Source of the DNA: Octopus sinensis
Lineage: Eukaryota
NCBI RefSeq assembly: GCF_006345805.1
Contig: NC_043009.1
Span: 496,001 to 560,000, forward strand
DNA length: 64,000 nucleotides
Reading direction: 5' to 3'
The notes under the pieces: generated by a model
Database searches by the model: none
Told to the model about the DNA's origin: nothing
What the model saw: the letters and a program-made list of their open reading frames with translations, nothing else
Shown: in pieces, positions 11,877 to 25,270 of the stretch
How the letters are laid out: each line of letters begins with the position of its first letter
How positions within the stretch are numbered: the stretch's first letter is position 1
Translations under genes and position numbers: made by a program

Positions 11877-12594
11877 AAAGAGAGAGAGTTAGTGTACAGG
11901 ATCTCTTTAGTGTACAGGATCTCTTTTTCTTTTTAATTTACAGTAAATTTATACCGGCCACCTACTTAGTAGCAAGGTTCTGAAGGAAAGCATCTTGTTT
12001 TGTTCACCAAAGATCTTGCAAGATTTCATAGTCCCAAATACTGCAATCACTTATTGTAAATGAATTAATGATTTGCGCTTTGTCCCTATACTTAGATCCA
12101 TGTATGTATCTATATATGTATGTCATTCAGTAATCTTTCAAAATGTATTGTCAATACAAAAAGAGCCAATTTCTAGCCTAAATCCAAGGTTCCTTCATTG
12201 GAATTCCAACATCAACAGCGTATATTTGCATGTATGTATATATATGTATAGTGTTAGGAGCGAGTGCCTGTACAGATTTGTATGTTTTGTTTCATGTAAT
12301 GCTTTCTCATGCATATAGCTGCAGGTCTAGACAAACGCACATATACTAAAATGATAAACTTCTGGAAAGTTTTATAAACTTTTACAGTTTTAGTGATCGC
12401 TTGGGTGTGTTGTCTTCGAATCAGCTTTCACCATTCTGGTTTTGAGAAACCTTAATTTCTGAAACCACTTATGCAGTGTATGTATGTAAGTATGCACGTA
12501 TGTACGTAGCTATGTATGTATGTCTGTCTGCATGTATGTATGTATGTATGTATGTATGTATGTATGTATGTATGTATGTATGTATGTATGTATG

Positions 12595-12626
<32 letters not shown>

Positions 12627-12699
12627 AATGAGATTAATATTGAAAGCGTTGCGAGAGTTTCTCGTTCCTTCTTTAAACGTTCTTTATGCACAAAAACAT

Positions 12700-14130
12700 G
12701 TATGTCTCACAGCGGTATGAGATCGCACCAGCGTGGCCTTGTGAGCAAGACATACATGAACTTTTGGAATCTCATTCGGAAGACCAGTTTCAATGCAATG
12801 TCTGTCGACTGAGTAACTAGTCCTCTGAATCATGAGATTCAAGGCCTTATTCGAAAATCTGTTGTTATAGTTCTATACTGTACATATCAGAAAAATTGTT
12901 AAAGCTTGTTTCATATTAATTTGTAATATTCAACCACATCATACCGTTGACAGAATCGGCAACTAGAGGTTAATGGGGCCCATTTTGATCGGCACTAGAA
13001 GAATGAAGTTGCCCGTATTTAAAAGTACATGGATGTACAGAAAATCGCACATGAATTACGTAAAAAGTACATAAATTTATATATATATGTATATAATATG
13101 TTTATATATTTATATATTTATATATATATATGCGACTGTATAAGTTAGAGGTTAAGAAACCATCTAAAGAATATTAAATATCCAATATACTACTTGATGT
13201 ATACCTACTTATTTTTAACCAAGTGCTTACTATTGCATGTCAATATTAGGCCAATTGAATACTAGTTATGGATGGGGTAAATTGAAATTTGCCCAGGATT
13301 TATAAGGCAAATAAGAAAATGGAGAGGATATAAAATCGACAAGCATCAGCCAGTAAACATTCTATACCTATTTATTAAATGATAACAAAACATGTGTTTA
13401 AGTGGTACAAGTAAACGAATATGAGATCGGCCAATAATTACGTAAACAGATATACATATAGAGATGAATGAATAATACTAGATGAGTATACAAATATAAA
13501 TCCCTTACGGCCGTTTCTACCATGAGGCCTTAAAAGCTTCCAAGTCATCCTCATCCCTGCAGCGATATAGAGGGATGATCAAACGTTGGGCAGAGATTGG
13601 ATAAAGGTTGAGCCTGAAGGCTTCTTCAGAAAGTACAAATGTTAGGGAACTAACATGTGGGAAACTCAGTTAGAATCACAGAGAAGGGAAACTAAGATAA
13701 GACAGAAGAAAATAGGAAAAATAAAAAATAATGTAATAGACATGGTAAGGAAAAGTAAGAACTTCATTTTAAGGTGTTATTATAATCCATTGTATTCCAT
13801 CCTGTGATAAGTAAATAAGGTTACTGCCAGGAGATATATACCTAGGCTGCGGTTTACATCGTGTTTCCATTATACTGAGGGAAATAGTGAAGGTAGTATG
13901 TTATGCGGTGGATTTAATGGTATGGTCCAGGCAACAGGGGTCAGAAGTTAGAAGCTAATCGATATTTAATAGATATAGTATAAGAAAGGAGTTGGCAGAA
14001 ATAACTTAAATTGAACCTGTTAAGGGAAAATTCATACGTAAGTACGGAAATGAAAGAAAAACTGTGTAAAACCTTAATGTATTCATGAATCAATATAGAT
14101 GAAGCTAAGTCACCAGACAACTGGAGCCAC
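12700..14130 (-). mobile_element. Highly decayed retroelement, possibly Penelope-like
   Basis: Remnant SYSVDRHCIETG resembling a GIY-YIG tail, and degenerate hammerhead parts (GAAACGGCCGTA near 13505-13516); weak. Confidence 0.35.
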
Positions 14131-14151
14131 ATAGTTACAGCTACGGTTCAA

Positions 14152-14193
<42 letters not shown>

Positions 14194-14399
14194 GTATATA
14201 TTTATATATATATATATATTGATATGAGTAGGTCAATTCGGTAAACAACTGCTATGACCTACTTTGCTGGTTTGTACTCTGAAAGTCTGGGATATAAAGT
14301 TATTGTCCTTTGTTCTGCCAGATTCACGAAAGAGTAATGACTTTCGGAGAGACCTCTGCCATTTTTCCGATCAAAGAAGGGTCGAGGAAGCTACCCTTT

Positions 14400-15228
14400 A
14401 AAAGGCAGGGGCTGTGAGTCTGTGGGACAGTCGGCCGGCAGCTCTAGCCAGAGACGGGACTGATACCAGGGCAGTCGGTGGAGGAGGACAGACAGGGAAT
14501 CTGGGGAGCTGACGAGCGAGAGAATGGCAGCGTAGAGGAAGACAGACATATAGTATTACGGAGCGAGAGAGAGGGACTACGGTATGAGGGCACTTGGCTA
14601 TTGTAGTAGCTCGTAACGGTATGCTTATTTATGTTTGATATGTGAAAAGAACTGTTACAGAATTGCGGAAAGCAAAGAAAGAACTGTGTAAAGACATTGT
14701 GAATTAAGTAAAAGAGTTGTTGAAAAGAAAGAAAGAAGGAGAAAGACTCTAACGTAGACTTTAAAGAACTTTGAACTGCATCGTTAATATGAACGTTATT
14801 TGTTTTAATTGATCTCTCTCGCTCCGTAATACTATCTGTCTGTCTTCCTCTACGCTGCCATTCTCTCACTCGTCAGCTCCCCAGATCTGAACTGTATATT
14901 GTATCTGCATGCTTTAATTTGATTTGTTGTTTTCTTGCACGTATTTTCTTTGATTTATTTGATGTTGTAATAATTGTATAAACTGTTATTAAATGTAGCC
15001 AATTGCCTTCCGCCGTTTCTCTTTGTATCTCTTCCTGTTGTTGTTGTTGTTATCTCCGGTCACCGGTCCTGCCGGGTTCGCTGCCGCCTTTCCCCCACCG
15101 AGTTCACTCTCTCTGAGTTCCGTCGCGAATTCGTCGATCGATCGGGCCGGTAAATCGCCGCCGCTCGACTTGGTAGGGTCCCGGGTTTTCCCGAAGAGTT
15201 TGAGCGACGGCAGGTGGATTTCGTAACA
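14400..15228. mobile_element. LTR-like GC-rich fragments with an internal 74-bp inverted repeat
   Basis: Ends in TCGTAACA (reverse complement TGTTACGA, a Gypsy-like LTR start) and has a second TCGTAAC near 14611; 14499-14572 is the reverse complement of 14813-14886. Confidence 0.4.
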
Positions 15229-15358
15229 ATATATATATATATAAGAGAGAGAGAGACTCTCGACATATATATATATATAGAGAGAGAGAGAAAGAGCTAT
15301 GATAGATCGCTAGCCACTACACATTCTTTGCTTTCTCTCCTTGTTTCTTTCTGTGTTC

Positions 15359-15395
15359 CTTTCTGTGGAAAAGAGTAGGCTCGAAACTTTAAAGA
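15359..15395 (+). ncRNA. Degenerate minimal hammerhead-like motif in a Penelope pLTR-type repeat
   Basis: CTGTGGA...GGCTC GAAA CTTT AAAGA; related to the better copies at 36303 and 38765. Confidence 0.35.
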
Positions 15396-15514
15396 CTTTT
15401 TCACTTCTCGAGCGTTATACTAATACATCTGTTTATTGTCTACACCACCGGTCTTTGTCTTTTGTTTTGTTTTTTTTTTCGTGAATTCTCCCTATATATG
15501 TATAAATACATACA

Positions 15515-15623
<109 letters not shown>

Positions 15624-15630
15624 ATATATG

Positions 15631-15663
<33 letters not shown>

Positions 15664-16690
15664 GTGTGTGTATGTACCTATATATGTATATATATATATA
15701 TACATATATATATATGTGTGTATTTGTGTGTGTATGTGTGTGTGTGTGTGCAGGTTTGTATGTTTTGCTTTATGTATGTATTCTCATGGTTGTACATCTA
15801 GACAAGCTCATATATACTTAATTGATAAACTTCTGGAAAGTTTTACAGATTTTTACAGTTCCAGTGATGGAACTGTAAGTCTTCCAATTAGCTTTCTCCT
15901 TTCTGGTGTTGAGAAGCTTAATTTCTCAAGTGTGATATTTAGGTAGGGTGTTACATATCCCAGGGTACCGATAATTACATGTATAAACCTGAACTTGTAA
16001 TCTGGTTAGATTAACTGTAGATTTCTCAATATTTCAGAGTAGATGTTCTCTTTTTCACTATGTATGTATGTATGTATGTATACGAGCAGGTTTGCATGTT
16101 TTGTTTTATGCATGTTTTCTCATATCTAGTCTTGCTCATATATATTTAAATGCTAAACTTCTGGAGAGTTTTACAGATTTTTACAGTTCTAGTGATGGAT
16201 TAGGTCAGTCGTCTTCGAATCAGCTTTCTCCTCTCTGGATTTGAGAAATCTAATGTATGTATGTATGTATGTATGTATGTATGTATGGATGGATGGATGG
16301 ATGGATGGATGGATGGATGGATGTATGTATGTATGTATTAGGGTTCTCAAATGTGTGCATGCATATATGTATATAGTTTTAACATTTACAAATTAGGAAT
16401 TTGGTTATTATTCTTTTCTACTCTAGGCACATGGCCAGAAATTTTGGGGCAGAGGCCAGTCGATTAAATTGATCCCAGTACACAAATGGTATTTAATTTA
16501 TCGACCCCTGAAAGGATGAAAGCAAAGTCGACCTCGGCGGAATTTGAGCCCAGATCGTAACGGCAGATGAAGAATTTGGTTATTATTGTTGTGGAATACT
16601 CACTTTTCCTTTTGGGTGCTGGTTTTGTGTTGCATTTCAGTGACTCCAGTTTTGAACTTGCTTGGTCAATTATTTTCACTACACTCTCAC

Positions 16691-16740
16691 CGCAGGCTGT
16701 GCTGGCACTTTTTATACAATTCAAATGATCCAGGCTCAGT
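16691..16740 (-). CDS. Host gene coding exon 3: (K)LSLDHLNCIKSASTAC(G)
   Basis: Acceptor CCCGTTTGTTTTGCAG, donor CG|GTGAGA; 50 nt, phase 2 to 1, matching exons 2 and 4. Confidence 0.72.
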
Positions 16741-16883
16741 CTGCAAAACAAACGGGCACATGTACAAAATTATACACAAAATATGTTTGTGTGTGTGTGT
16801 GTGTATGTATGTGTGTGTATAGAGACAATTATATGTATATGTACGTATATATGTGTACGCATGCATGCATGTAAACATGTATG

Positions 16884-16955
<72 letters not shown>

Positions 16956-17059
16956 ATGTATGTCTGTAAAGAGAGGTCTATTTCCTCGCAGAAAGATAGG
17001 GGTTATGGCAAGTAGACGGAAGCCCGTCGAGTGTGTGTGTGTATGTGTGTGTGTGTGTG

Positions 17060-17131
<72 letters not shown>

Positions 17132-17164
17132 AGGGCGCATAAATAATTTTAAAAATTAGTAAAG

Positions 17165-17380
17165 CATGAAATGGCAGAATTGTTAGCACATCAAACAAAA
17201 ATGCTCAGCGGCTTTTCTATCAACTCCTTAGGTTCTGAATTCAAATTCTTCCGCGGTTGACTTTGCCTTTGAGCCTTTTGGTGTCGATAAAAGCAAAATA
17301 GTGCCAGTTGAGCACTGGATCGATGTAACTGACTAGCCCCTTCCCTCAAATTTACCGGCCTTGTATCAAAATTTTATGAT
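17165..17380 (+). mobile_element. SINE family B copy (diverged)
   Basis: ATGGCAGAATTGTTAGCAC...GTTCTGAATTCAAATTC...GTCGATAAA. Confidence 0.7.
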
Positions 17381-17454
17381 TCTACCACACGAAAATGGCA
17401 AGAAATTTTAAAGGAAAAGATACGTCGACTACATCGAGACCAGTATTTTTTTAT

Positions 17455-17760
17455 TTATGCGCTCTTTTCAAGCCTCGCCAGGCTCATGGGCCCAATTTCC
17501 CGGTTTCTGTAGCGTATGTGTTTTCCCCAGCTGGACGGGACGCCAGTCCATCGCAGCGTTACTCAAGAAACAGGAAGAAAGTGTGAGGGAAATTTGGGGC
17601 GAAAGAGTACAACAGGGGTCGCCACCACCCGCTGCCGGAACCTCGTGGAGCTTTAGGTGTTTTTGCTCAATAAACACACACAACGCTCGGTCTGGGAATC
17701 GAAACCGCGATCCTCCGACCGCGAGTCTGCTGCCCTAACCACTGGGCCATTGCGCCTCCC
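17455..17760 (-). mobile_element. tRNA-derived SINE family C (GGAGGCGCAATGGCCCAGTGGTTAGGGCAGC head)
   Basis: A box TGGCCCAGTGG, B-box-like GGTTTCGATTCCC; related copies at 20690, 44640 and 58300. Confidence 0.85.
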
Positions 17761-18084
17761 ATCGCGATCAGTGCTCAGCTGGTATTTATTTTATCGACAC
17801 CGAAAGGATGAAGCACAAAGTCGATCTTGGTGGAATTTGAACTCAGAACGTAAAGTTAAAAAAAAATCCCGCTCAGTATTTTGTCCGACATGCTAACGAT
17901 TCGGCCAGGTCACTGCCTTGTGCCAAAAATAAAATGTATTTCAAGAATTGGGACTCCATTTATTATTGTGCACAAGCAGCATGGAACTTTAATAAAGTAA
18001 AATTATAATTATTATTGACGTCATAAGAATTTGAAAACTTCGAGGGACGTGGAATAATTCGTTTTTAATAGTGGATAGAAATAT

Positions 18085-18305
18085 AAATAATGACTTCAAA
18101 TTTTGGCACAAGGCCAGCGATTTCGGAGAGGATTGGGTAAGTTGCTTCGCCCCCAGTGCGCAACTAGTACTTGATTTATCGACCTCGAAATGATGGAAGG
18201 AAAAGTCGACCTCGATGGAGTCTGAACTCAGAACCTAAAGCCTGACGAAATGCCTCTGAGCATTTTGTTCGGATTACTAACGAATCTGTCAGTTGGCCGC
18301 CTTAG
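18085..18305 (-). mobile_element. SINE family B copy
   Basis: Matches 27-226. Confidence 0.7.
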
Positions 18306-18587
18306 GATAAATTAAAAAAAAGTGTAAATATTTTAGATAGAAACGTCGAAAGATGCTCCTGGGTCTCGAACCCTCATATTCTAGAAATATGACAGGCTTA
18401 ATACCATTGGATCAAAGTAATCATTCGAATTTCTCCCTTTTAGGAGTGATGACTATGTCGTTGAACTCGTAAGAATTTAAAAACTTCTATAATGTGAAGT
18501 TATTCTTTATAGGAACGGCGAATCTCGAAGCAAAGAAAGCTATAAATAGTGTCTCGTAAAAAGTATAATTATCATACTTATGCAACA

Positions 18588-18800
18588 TTAGGCGGTGAGC
18601 TGGCAGAATCGTTACCGTGCCAGCCAAAAATACTTAGTGGTATTTCGTCCGCTTATACGTTTCTAGTTCAAATTTCGCTGAGTTCAACTTTGCTTTCATC
18701 CTTTTGAGGTCGATACATTAAGTACCAGTGGGACACTAGGGTCGATGTATTCATCTTTCCCACTCCTCGAAACTGCTGGCCTTGTGAAAAAATTTGAAAT
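18588..18800 (+). mobile_element. SINE family B copy
   Basis: AGGCGGTGAGCTGGCAGAATCGTT...TAGTTCAAATTTCG. Confidence 0.75.
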
Positions 18801-18891
18801 CGATATTATATCCAAAGTTGTAAACCTCTATTCCTAATATTAGCCACCATGTGGCGATTGACAATCTGGTGTGCATGCGGTTTGAACTTAC

Positions 18892-19000
18892 TTGCAGAAA
18901 GCCTTGTGGTTAGCTTCCATTTCTCTTGATTTCTTCATGTAGTTATCCTGACATCTTGATACTTTCGAGATATCACATGCGGCCATTGCATAAGTGACCA
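18892..19000 (-). CDS. Host gene coding exon 2: (M)VTYAMAACDISKVSRCQDNYMKKSREMEANHKAFC(K)
   Basis: Acceptor TTTTCTTCTCGTTTCAG, donor AA|GTAAGT; 109 nt, phase 1 to 2; signal-peptide end AMA then Cys-rich mature region. Confidence 0.82.
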
Positions 19001-19061
19001 CTGAAACGAGAAGAAAATTATACATGTGAAAGAAAATATTGTGCACAAGTCTGTGAATACA

Positions 19062-19111
<50 letters not shown>

Positions 19112-19154
19112 ATATATATATAGATACATACATACATACATACATAATAATACA

Positions 19155-19186
<32 letters not shown>

Positions 19187-19214
19187 CTAAAATACAATAA
19201 AATATTATAATAAT

Positions 19215-19737
19215 AAAGGTCAATAAATACTTGCCATTACATTTTTAATCAACCAAATATGAACCATTTTGTTGCACAATGCGTCTCCATCTTTCCTTTA
19301 ACTTGAAAATACCCTCTTCTCAGAATTGAGGTGGTTTCATGGCAAAGAATTCATCAAGGTATCTTTTTACATCATTCAAGGAATTGAAACTTTTACCATT
19401 AAGACTATTCTGCAGAGACCTGAATAAGTGGAAATCCGAAGGAGCAATATCTTGTGAATATGGAGGGTGGGGTAACACATCCCAGCCGAGCTGCAGCAAT
19501 TTTTGTCTGGTTCCCAAAGCATCGAGTGCCGAAAATGAACTTTCTTATCTTCCATTTTAAAGGGTTACAGAATCAACACAGGCAATAGAAACATAAACCT
19601 TCTTCCACGAAAAGATAGCTTAAACTGTGCTTTAAATGGAGGCGTAGTCAAATCCTATTTTATGGACTCAACCATGTTCTAAAATAAGTCGAAAGGTAAG
19701 CTGCCATTAATCGGCACGAACTTTCCGGACAACCCAA
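19215..19737 (-). mobile_element. Internally deleted mariner (5' TIR and MEDKKVHFRH start joined to the C-terminal PHPPYSQDIAPSDFHLFRSL segment)
   Basis: TIR TTGGGTTGTCCGGAAAGTTCGTGCCG after TA; C-terminal mariner motifs. Confidence 0.85.
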
Positions 19738-20524
19738 TATATTAAAATATATTAAATACATTATGATATAGGTAGCCGTAGTAATTAAAACCAAAAAGGT
19801 AAAATTTATAAACGAGGTTGCACAATAAGACCAACAATTGCTAAAAACAGGAGTCAGAATTTAACTCGAACAGCCACACAAAAGTAGTAACTTGATGGGA
19901 GGCAGTAACTGTGGAAACCAGTGATGAGAAATAAGATCATGTTGATCAAAGTTCCAAATCACGTGATAAGATTTTATCAAACAATTTCATCCTGTGAGTT
20001 TATCTCGTCAGAGAAAGATGTTGTGGTTTGCTGCTCGCCTTCCCGAATCGCATGAGGTTAGAGCATTTGTGTGGCTGTTCGAGTTCAATTTTGACTCATT
20101 TTTAGTAGCTGCTATTTTGCACCTTCATTTATCTGTGTGCGTGTGTGTATATATACATATGTGTGTGTGTGTGTGTGTGTAAACAAAAGGAAGGAAACGA
20201 TGGAAAGATATGTGTATGTATATATATGTACACATACACATTTACCTACCTACATACACAGACATACAGTGACAGACAGAGACACACACATACAAACAAA
20301 CAAATCCCAAATTTTATTTTGGTTCGCAGGAGCAACTGTTTTGAAGCTTCATACTGCCGTTAATTACTCGAAATGTGGAGAAGATGAACAGTCGATAACT
20401 GATGAAGGGTCGTTCTTTATGTTACTTGTCTTGTTTCATATTTGTTTCTCTCGTTGTTCGCATACCCAAGTGTGCCTTCGTATTTCATGTTGTTTACGTT
20501 TTGTGGCGTCCTGTATCCATATAT

Positions 20525-20576
<52 letters not shown>

Positions 20577-20689
20577 ATATCCGTAACAGCAGTTCGGCAA
20601 AAGAGACCGATAGAATAAGTACTAGGCTTACAAAGAATAAGTCCTGGAGTCGATTTGCTCGACTAAAGGCGGTGCTCTATCACGGATGC

Positions 20690-20985
20690 CGTCAATGGCC
20701 CAGTGGTTAGGGCAGCGGACTCGCGTTCGTAGGATCGCGGTTTCGATTCCCATACCGGGCGTTGTGAGTGTTTATTGAGCGAAAACACCTAAAGCTCCAC
20801 GAGGTTCCGGCAGGGGTGGTGGCGATCCCTGCTGTCCTCTTTCGCCACAACTTTCTCTCACTCTTTCTTCTGTTGACCAGCTCGCTTAGCCAGCGGTGTG
20901 GCGTCATTTGAAGGCTAAACCAATGCGAAAGCGCATTGTGACCAGCGATGTGTAGCAACGTCTGATAGCCTGGTCGGTCATGGTG
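20690..20985 (+). mobile_element. SINE family C copy, preceded by the 3' part of a family A SINE (20580-20690)
   Basis: CAATGGCCCAGTGGTTAGGGCAGCGGACTCGCG...GGTTTCGATTCCC. Confidence 0.85.
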
Positions 20986-21126
20986 ATATATATATATTTC
21001 AAACTCTTATAGAGATATTTTATCCCAGATAAATCTACTTCCAAGCCTTTGAACATAGAACCAACGTTGAACCTTTTATTCGCAATATTACCGAATCTGG
21101 AACTTAACTATGGTCTGTCTATAGCA

Positions 21127-21166
<40 letters not shown>

Positions 21167-21170
<4 letters not shown>

Positions 21171-22075
21171 TAGATAAACTTAGATGTGTTTCGACCAATG
21201 ATTGGTCCAGGCCATGTCTAACTTAATAGCACCACCTGATAGGATTATTTGAATCCTGTTTAAGTCAAGTTTTGCTTACGGTCCATTCAAGGAGTGAGTT
21301 TTTGTTGGGTGAGTTGTATTCAATTATGGGTGGCTTATCTGGTATTCTTTGAAGGAATCTATCCAGACTCCGTTTAAAGTTGATGGGATCCTGTTCCTCT
21401 TTGATCTCTTTCGGGACAATGTTAAATAGGGCAGAGCCTGTTGAGGAAAGAAATTATGTTGTAGTGTATATGTATGCTGTGATCTTGAATTGGGCAGGGG
21501 ACGTATGGCCCGTGGTCCCAGTCTTGGATGAACCTTGAAGCTTATGTTCAGGTCGTTTGGGCAAAGTTGGCGGTATATTCACCACATCGTACAAATGATG
21601 TACCGCTCACGGCGACGCTGGAGAGAGTAGAGTTTCAAGGCTTTAAGGCGATCCCAATAATCGAGAGCAGCCATGCCTTCAATTCGTTTAGTGAGTGCTA
21701 TCTGGGGTGATTCAATCCTCGAGATGTTTTGTCTTGTATGGGGAGACCACAGTGGGCAGCAGTATTCGAGGTGTGGCCATACAAATGAGGAGAAGAGTGG
21801 TATGATGACACCTTGTTCTCTGGACCGGAAAGTTCTTAAGATCCAGGAACTCATCCTACGAGCTATATCGACCTTCTTGTTGATGTGTGCACTCCAACTA
21901 AGATCGTCATCAACAATTACACCTAGGTCTCTGATGTTGTTAGAGGCTGTGAGCGGTTCCCCTGGAGGAAGAGAGTATGGCTGTTTTAGTGAGGAATTTC
22001 TTCCAAAATGCATCAGCTCAAATTTTCCCTCGTTCAGTTGCATTTTGTTTCTGTCTGCCCATTGACTCACAGCAT
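21167..22075 (-). mobile_element. 5'-truncated CR1-clade LINE (RT C-terminal half and 3' UTR)
   Basis: QWADRNKMQLNEGKFELMHFG...RDLGVIVDDDLSWSAHI...HLEYCCPLWSP...YWDRLKALKLYSLQRRRERY; 3' tail of ATCTAAGTTT repeats; tandem ACAGCATATAGATC repeats at the 5' junction. Confidence 0.92.
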
Positions 22076-22114
22076 ATAGATCACAGCATATAGATCACAG
22101 CATATAGATCACAG

Positions 22115-22132
22115 CATATATATATATTATTA

Positions 22133-22172
<40 letters not shown>

Positions 22173-23600
22173 AGCTAAGTATATATTTATATTAAGATTT
22201 AAATTTTAATATTTTATAAGTCTTATATTGTTTTTATGTAAATATCGTTGTTTGTGTAATGATCTAATTATCGTAATTTTCTATATAATTATTAGATATT
22301 AGCTTTAAGTTTATTCTTAAGAATTTACTTAGCGATAGATATGTTGTTTGATAGCAAGTATACGAGTTATTTAAAGTTAGGTTTATGTATATACATGTAT
22401 TAATAGCATTAATTATAGTTTAAAATTTCTTATAATTATTATTTTAACTTATATATTGTCTTTTTAAATTGATATTTGCTAGTTTTATTATTCCCATTGA
22501 TAAATATATTTATAGAATTTATTTGACACTATATAACTACGAATTGATTATGTCTTTAAGTATTTTAAATATAAAATTTCTGAAAGTTATTATTTAGCCA
22601 ACGAGATATAAAGATAGTTTATTTGCTATAGCGTTCGTTTAAGATTGTTTGTTTGTATTTTTGAAATTAGCTATTTCATCTTTAAATATGAAAAATTAAT
22701 TTATTAGGTCTTTATTATATGTGCATATATATTTATTATAGAGATTATTTTAGATCTTAATTATATATTTATATACATTTATATATTTCATTGATAATTT
22801 ATATATTATTTAATTTTATATTTTTAATAATATAATAGTTTATTGTAAAATATTTATGTAATTAGATATTGACTATTACTGATATTAGATTATTGGTGGG
22901 TTTCTTACCTTAAAAATTAATACTTAAAAATTAAAATTAATATTTAACATTATAATCAATGTTTTTATATAATCATAATCGTTAAGTTTATAGTTTGATA
23001 ATAGAGTTTTTTATAAGTAAAATTATTATATTATTTATTTCTTTAAAATATTGTTTAAATATTTCTGATTATTTATTAAAATATTACAATTAACCTGAAT
23101 ATTGACTGTAACCATAATTCGAATTATTAATTGAATTTAAATTATTGTTATTCGAATTGGTTATGGGCATGAAACGATCGTAGAGTTTTTACTTTTTATC
23201 TTATATTAAACTTTTAATACTTTTTGATTGTTATATAATTAAAAATAAATAAATAAATAAAAATAAAAAATAGATAAATTAAAAAAATAATTAAAAAATA
23301 ATAATAATAAATATATATATATGTATATAGATTGACAGTATACAACCATTCTATCGCCCCACAACTGTACATATCTCTATGAGAGATTTAGAAATTTAAT
23401 ATTTCTGATATATGTATATATATATATATCTATATATAGATATATATATTTAAAATTTATAAGTTAAATTATTTAAATAATTTTTAAATTTTAAGTTTAA
23501 TTTATATATTTTAATTTGGAATTTTATATTTTTTATATTTTATATTTTATATTTTTTTTAATTAATTTTATTTCTATGTATTGGCTTGATTTTCACTGTT
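22115..23600. other. Extremely AT-rich non-periodic block
   Basis: Visibly much more AT-rich than the flanks, no clear ORF or period. Confidence 0.6.
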
Positions 23601-23877
23601 TGATTTGCCTAATAGTGGTTTTATCTCTAATTTAATATAATATATATATAATATACGTAACATATATATATATATACATATATATATACATATATACATA
23701 CATACATACATACATAATACATATATATAATATATATATATAATATATATATATATAGTTATATATATATATATAGTATTATGCATTGTATGTATGTATG
23801 TATGTATGTATGTATGTATGCATGTATGATGTATGTATGTATGTATGTATGTATGTATGTGTGCATATATGTATATA

Positions 23878-24390
23878 CAGTATCTCACAGAAGATGACGG
23901 CTAAGTTGTTATCAGATAAAAAGGTAAGGGTATTGCCTTAGCGTACCAAGTCACCTGATTTAAATCCAATAGAACATTTGTGGTGTGTTTTGAACAGGAA
24001 GTTTGAGGAGAAAACGACCTCAAATGTAACACAGTTGAAAGACATCCTTCATGATGAATGGAGGTCGATTTCATCGGATATATGCAGTAATTTAGTTGAC
24101 TCTATGCCCAAAAGACTTAATGCAGTCATTGACAGCAAGGGTGGTTGCACTAAATATTGAACATAGCACATAATCCTTTAGGATGTACATATTTTTGTAT
24201 CACTTGAATGTTAATATTTCGTTCATATCTTTGAAAATGTTTATTGTTTTGTGTTCCAAGTTTGTATAATGTTTGCACGTATAATATATTTTATTCAGTA
24301 TAAATTTCGTTTGATTTCCTTCGATATTATCAGTATAATAGCAATTTTACTGAAATTTTTTAGAGGTGTACATACTTTTGTGAGCTACTG
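23878..24390 (+). mobile_element. Internally deleted Tc1 (DD34E-type) element with both termini
   Basis: Left TA|CAGTATCTCACAGAAG, right reverse complement CAGTAGCTCACAAAAG|TA; KSPDLNPIEHLW...LVDSMPKRLNAVIDSKGGCTKY*. Confidence 0.88.
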
Positions 24391-24809
24391 TAAATGGACA
24401 TAAATGCATACATACATTCAAGCATTCATACGTATAGTTTTATTTTCTTTTGTTCTTTTAGTGCGCTTAGTTATCGTCCTGCGGTCATGCTGAAGTAACG
24501 TGTTCAATGGTTTTAGTCGATTATATCGATCTGAGTATTCATTTCATTCTGGTATTTATTTTATTGATCTCCTTTTATCGAATGGCTAATTTAGTAATTT
24601 CGTTATAAAGCAACGTAAGAAAATTCTCTGATTTATACCGTAAAAACATAAACACATACCGCCCTTGTCTCTTTCAACAGCGAAAGGACAAAAACAACAT
24701 AAGTGTTACTCGAAAACAACCACCCAACACACATACACACACATACACACACACATATACGTACACTTAATCATGAGCGACATTATTCAATGAGAGCCCT
24801 CACACTCAC

Positions 24810-24849
24810 TCACTATCAGCAAGAATCTCTTCTGGAGAAAGCTCATCAT
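24810..24849 (-). CDS. Host gene coding exon 1 (signal peptide start MMSFLQKRFLLIV); the exon probably extends as 5' UTR to the acceptor at 24920
   Basis: ATG at 24849 with an upstream in-frame stop; donor A|GTGAGT gives phase 1, joining exon 2 as MMSFLQKRFLLIVMVTYAMA; strong acceptor TTTTTACGCTTTGTCAG upstream. Confidence 0.68.
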
Positions 24850-24964
24850 TAACGAAGCTGGGACATGTTAAAGATTGGTTCTTCTCTTATGACCAGAAAG
24901 TACTTAATGGCCTTGATTTACTGACAAAGCGTAAAAACGGAGAAATGTTTCTATATAGACACAG

Positions 24965-25270
24965 GAGAGGCTATGTGGTTAGAAGTGTGCTTCTAAACCA
25001 CATGATTCCGGGTTCAGTCCCACTGTGCGGGACCTTGGGCCTTCTAAAGCTCTATAGTATCTTCCTCTATAGCCAAAGCTTTGTGAGTGGATTTGGTAGA
25101 CGGGAACCTAAAGAAGCCCGTGATGTAAATATATATGTGTGTGTATGTGAGTTTATATGTATGTGTGTTTGTGTGACTGCGTGTGCGTGCGTGCGCGTGT
25201 GTTATGTGTCTGTGCCTTTTGTGTCTGTGTCCCCCAACATCGCCTGAAAACCAGTGTTGGTTGGTTTACG
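24965..25270 (+). mobile_element. SINE family A copy (partial)
   Basis: GGTTCAGTCCCACTGTGCGGGACCTTGGG...GTGAGTGGATTTGGTAGACGG. Confidence 0.8.

Noticed and set aside
19925-19950. MILFLIT(G) as an alternative signal-peptide exon
   Set aside because: The donor would be GTTTCC (poor); the 24849-24810 exon has a consensus GTGAGT donor and gives a better signal peptide.
20365-20415. GAAA...CTGATGA arrangement suggesting a type II hammerhead (similar pattern at 60740-60790)
   Set aside because: Helix III and the UH triplet cannot be formed; most likely scrambled pLTR remnants.
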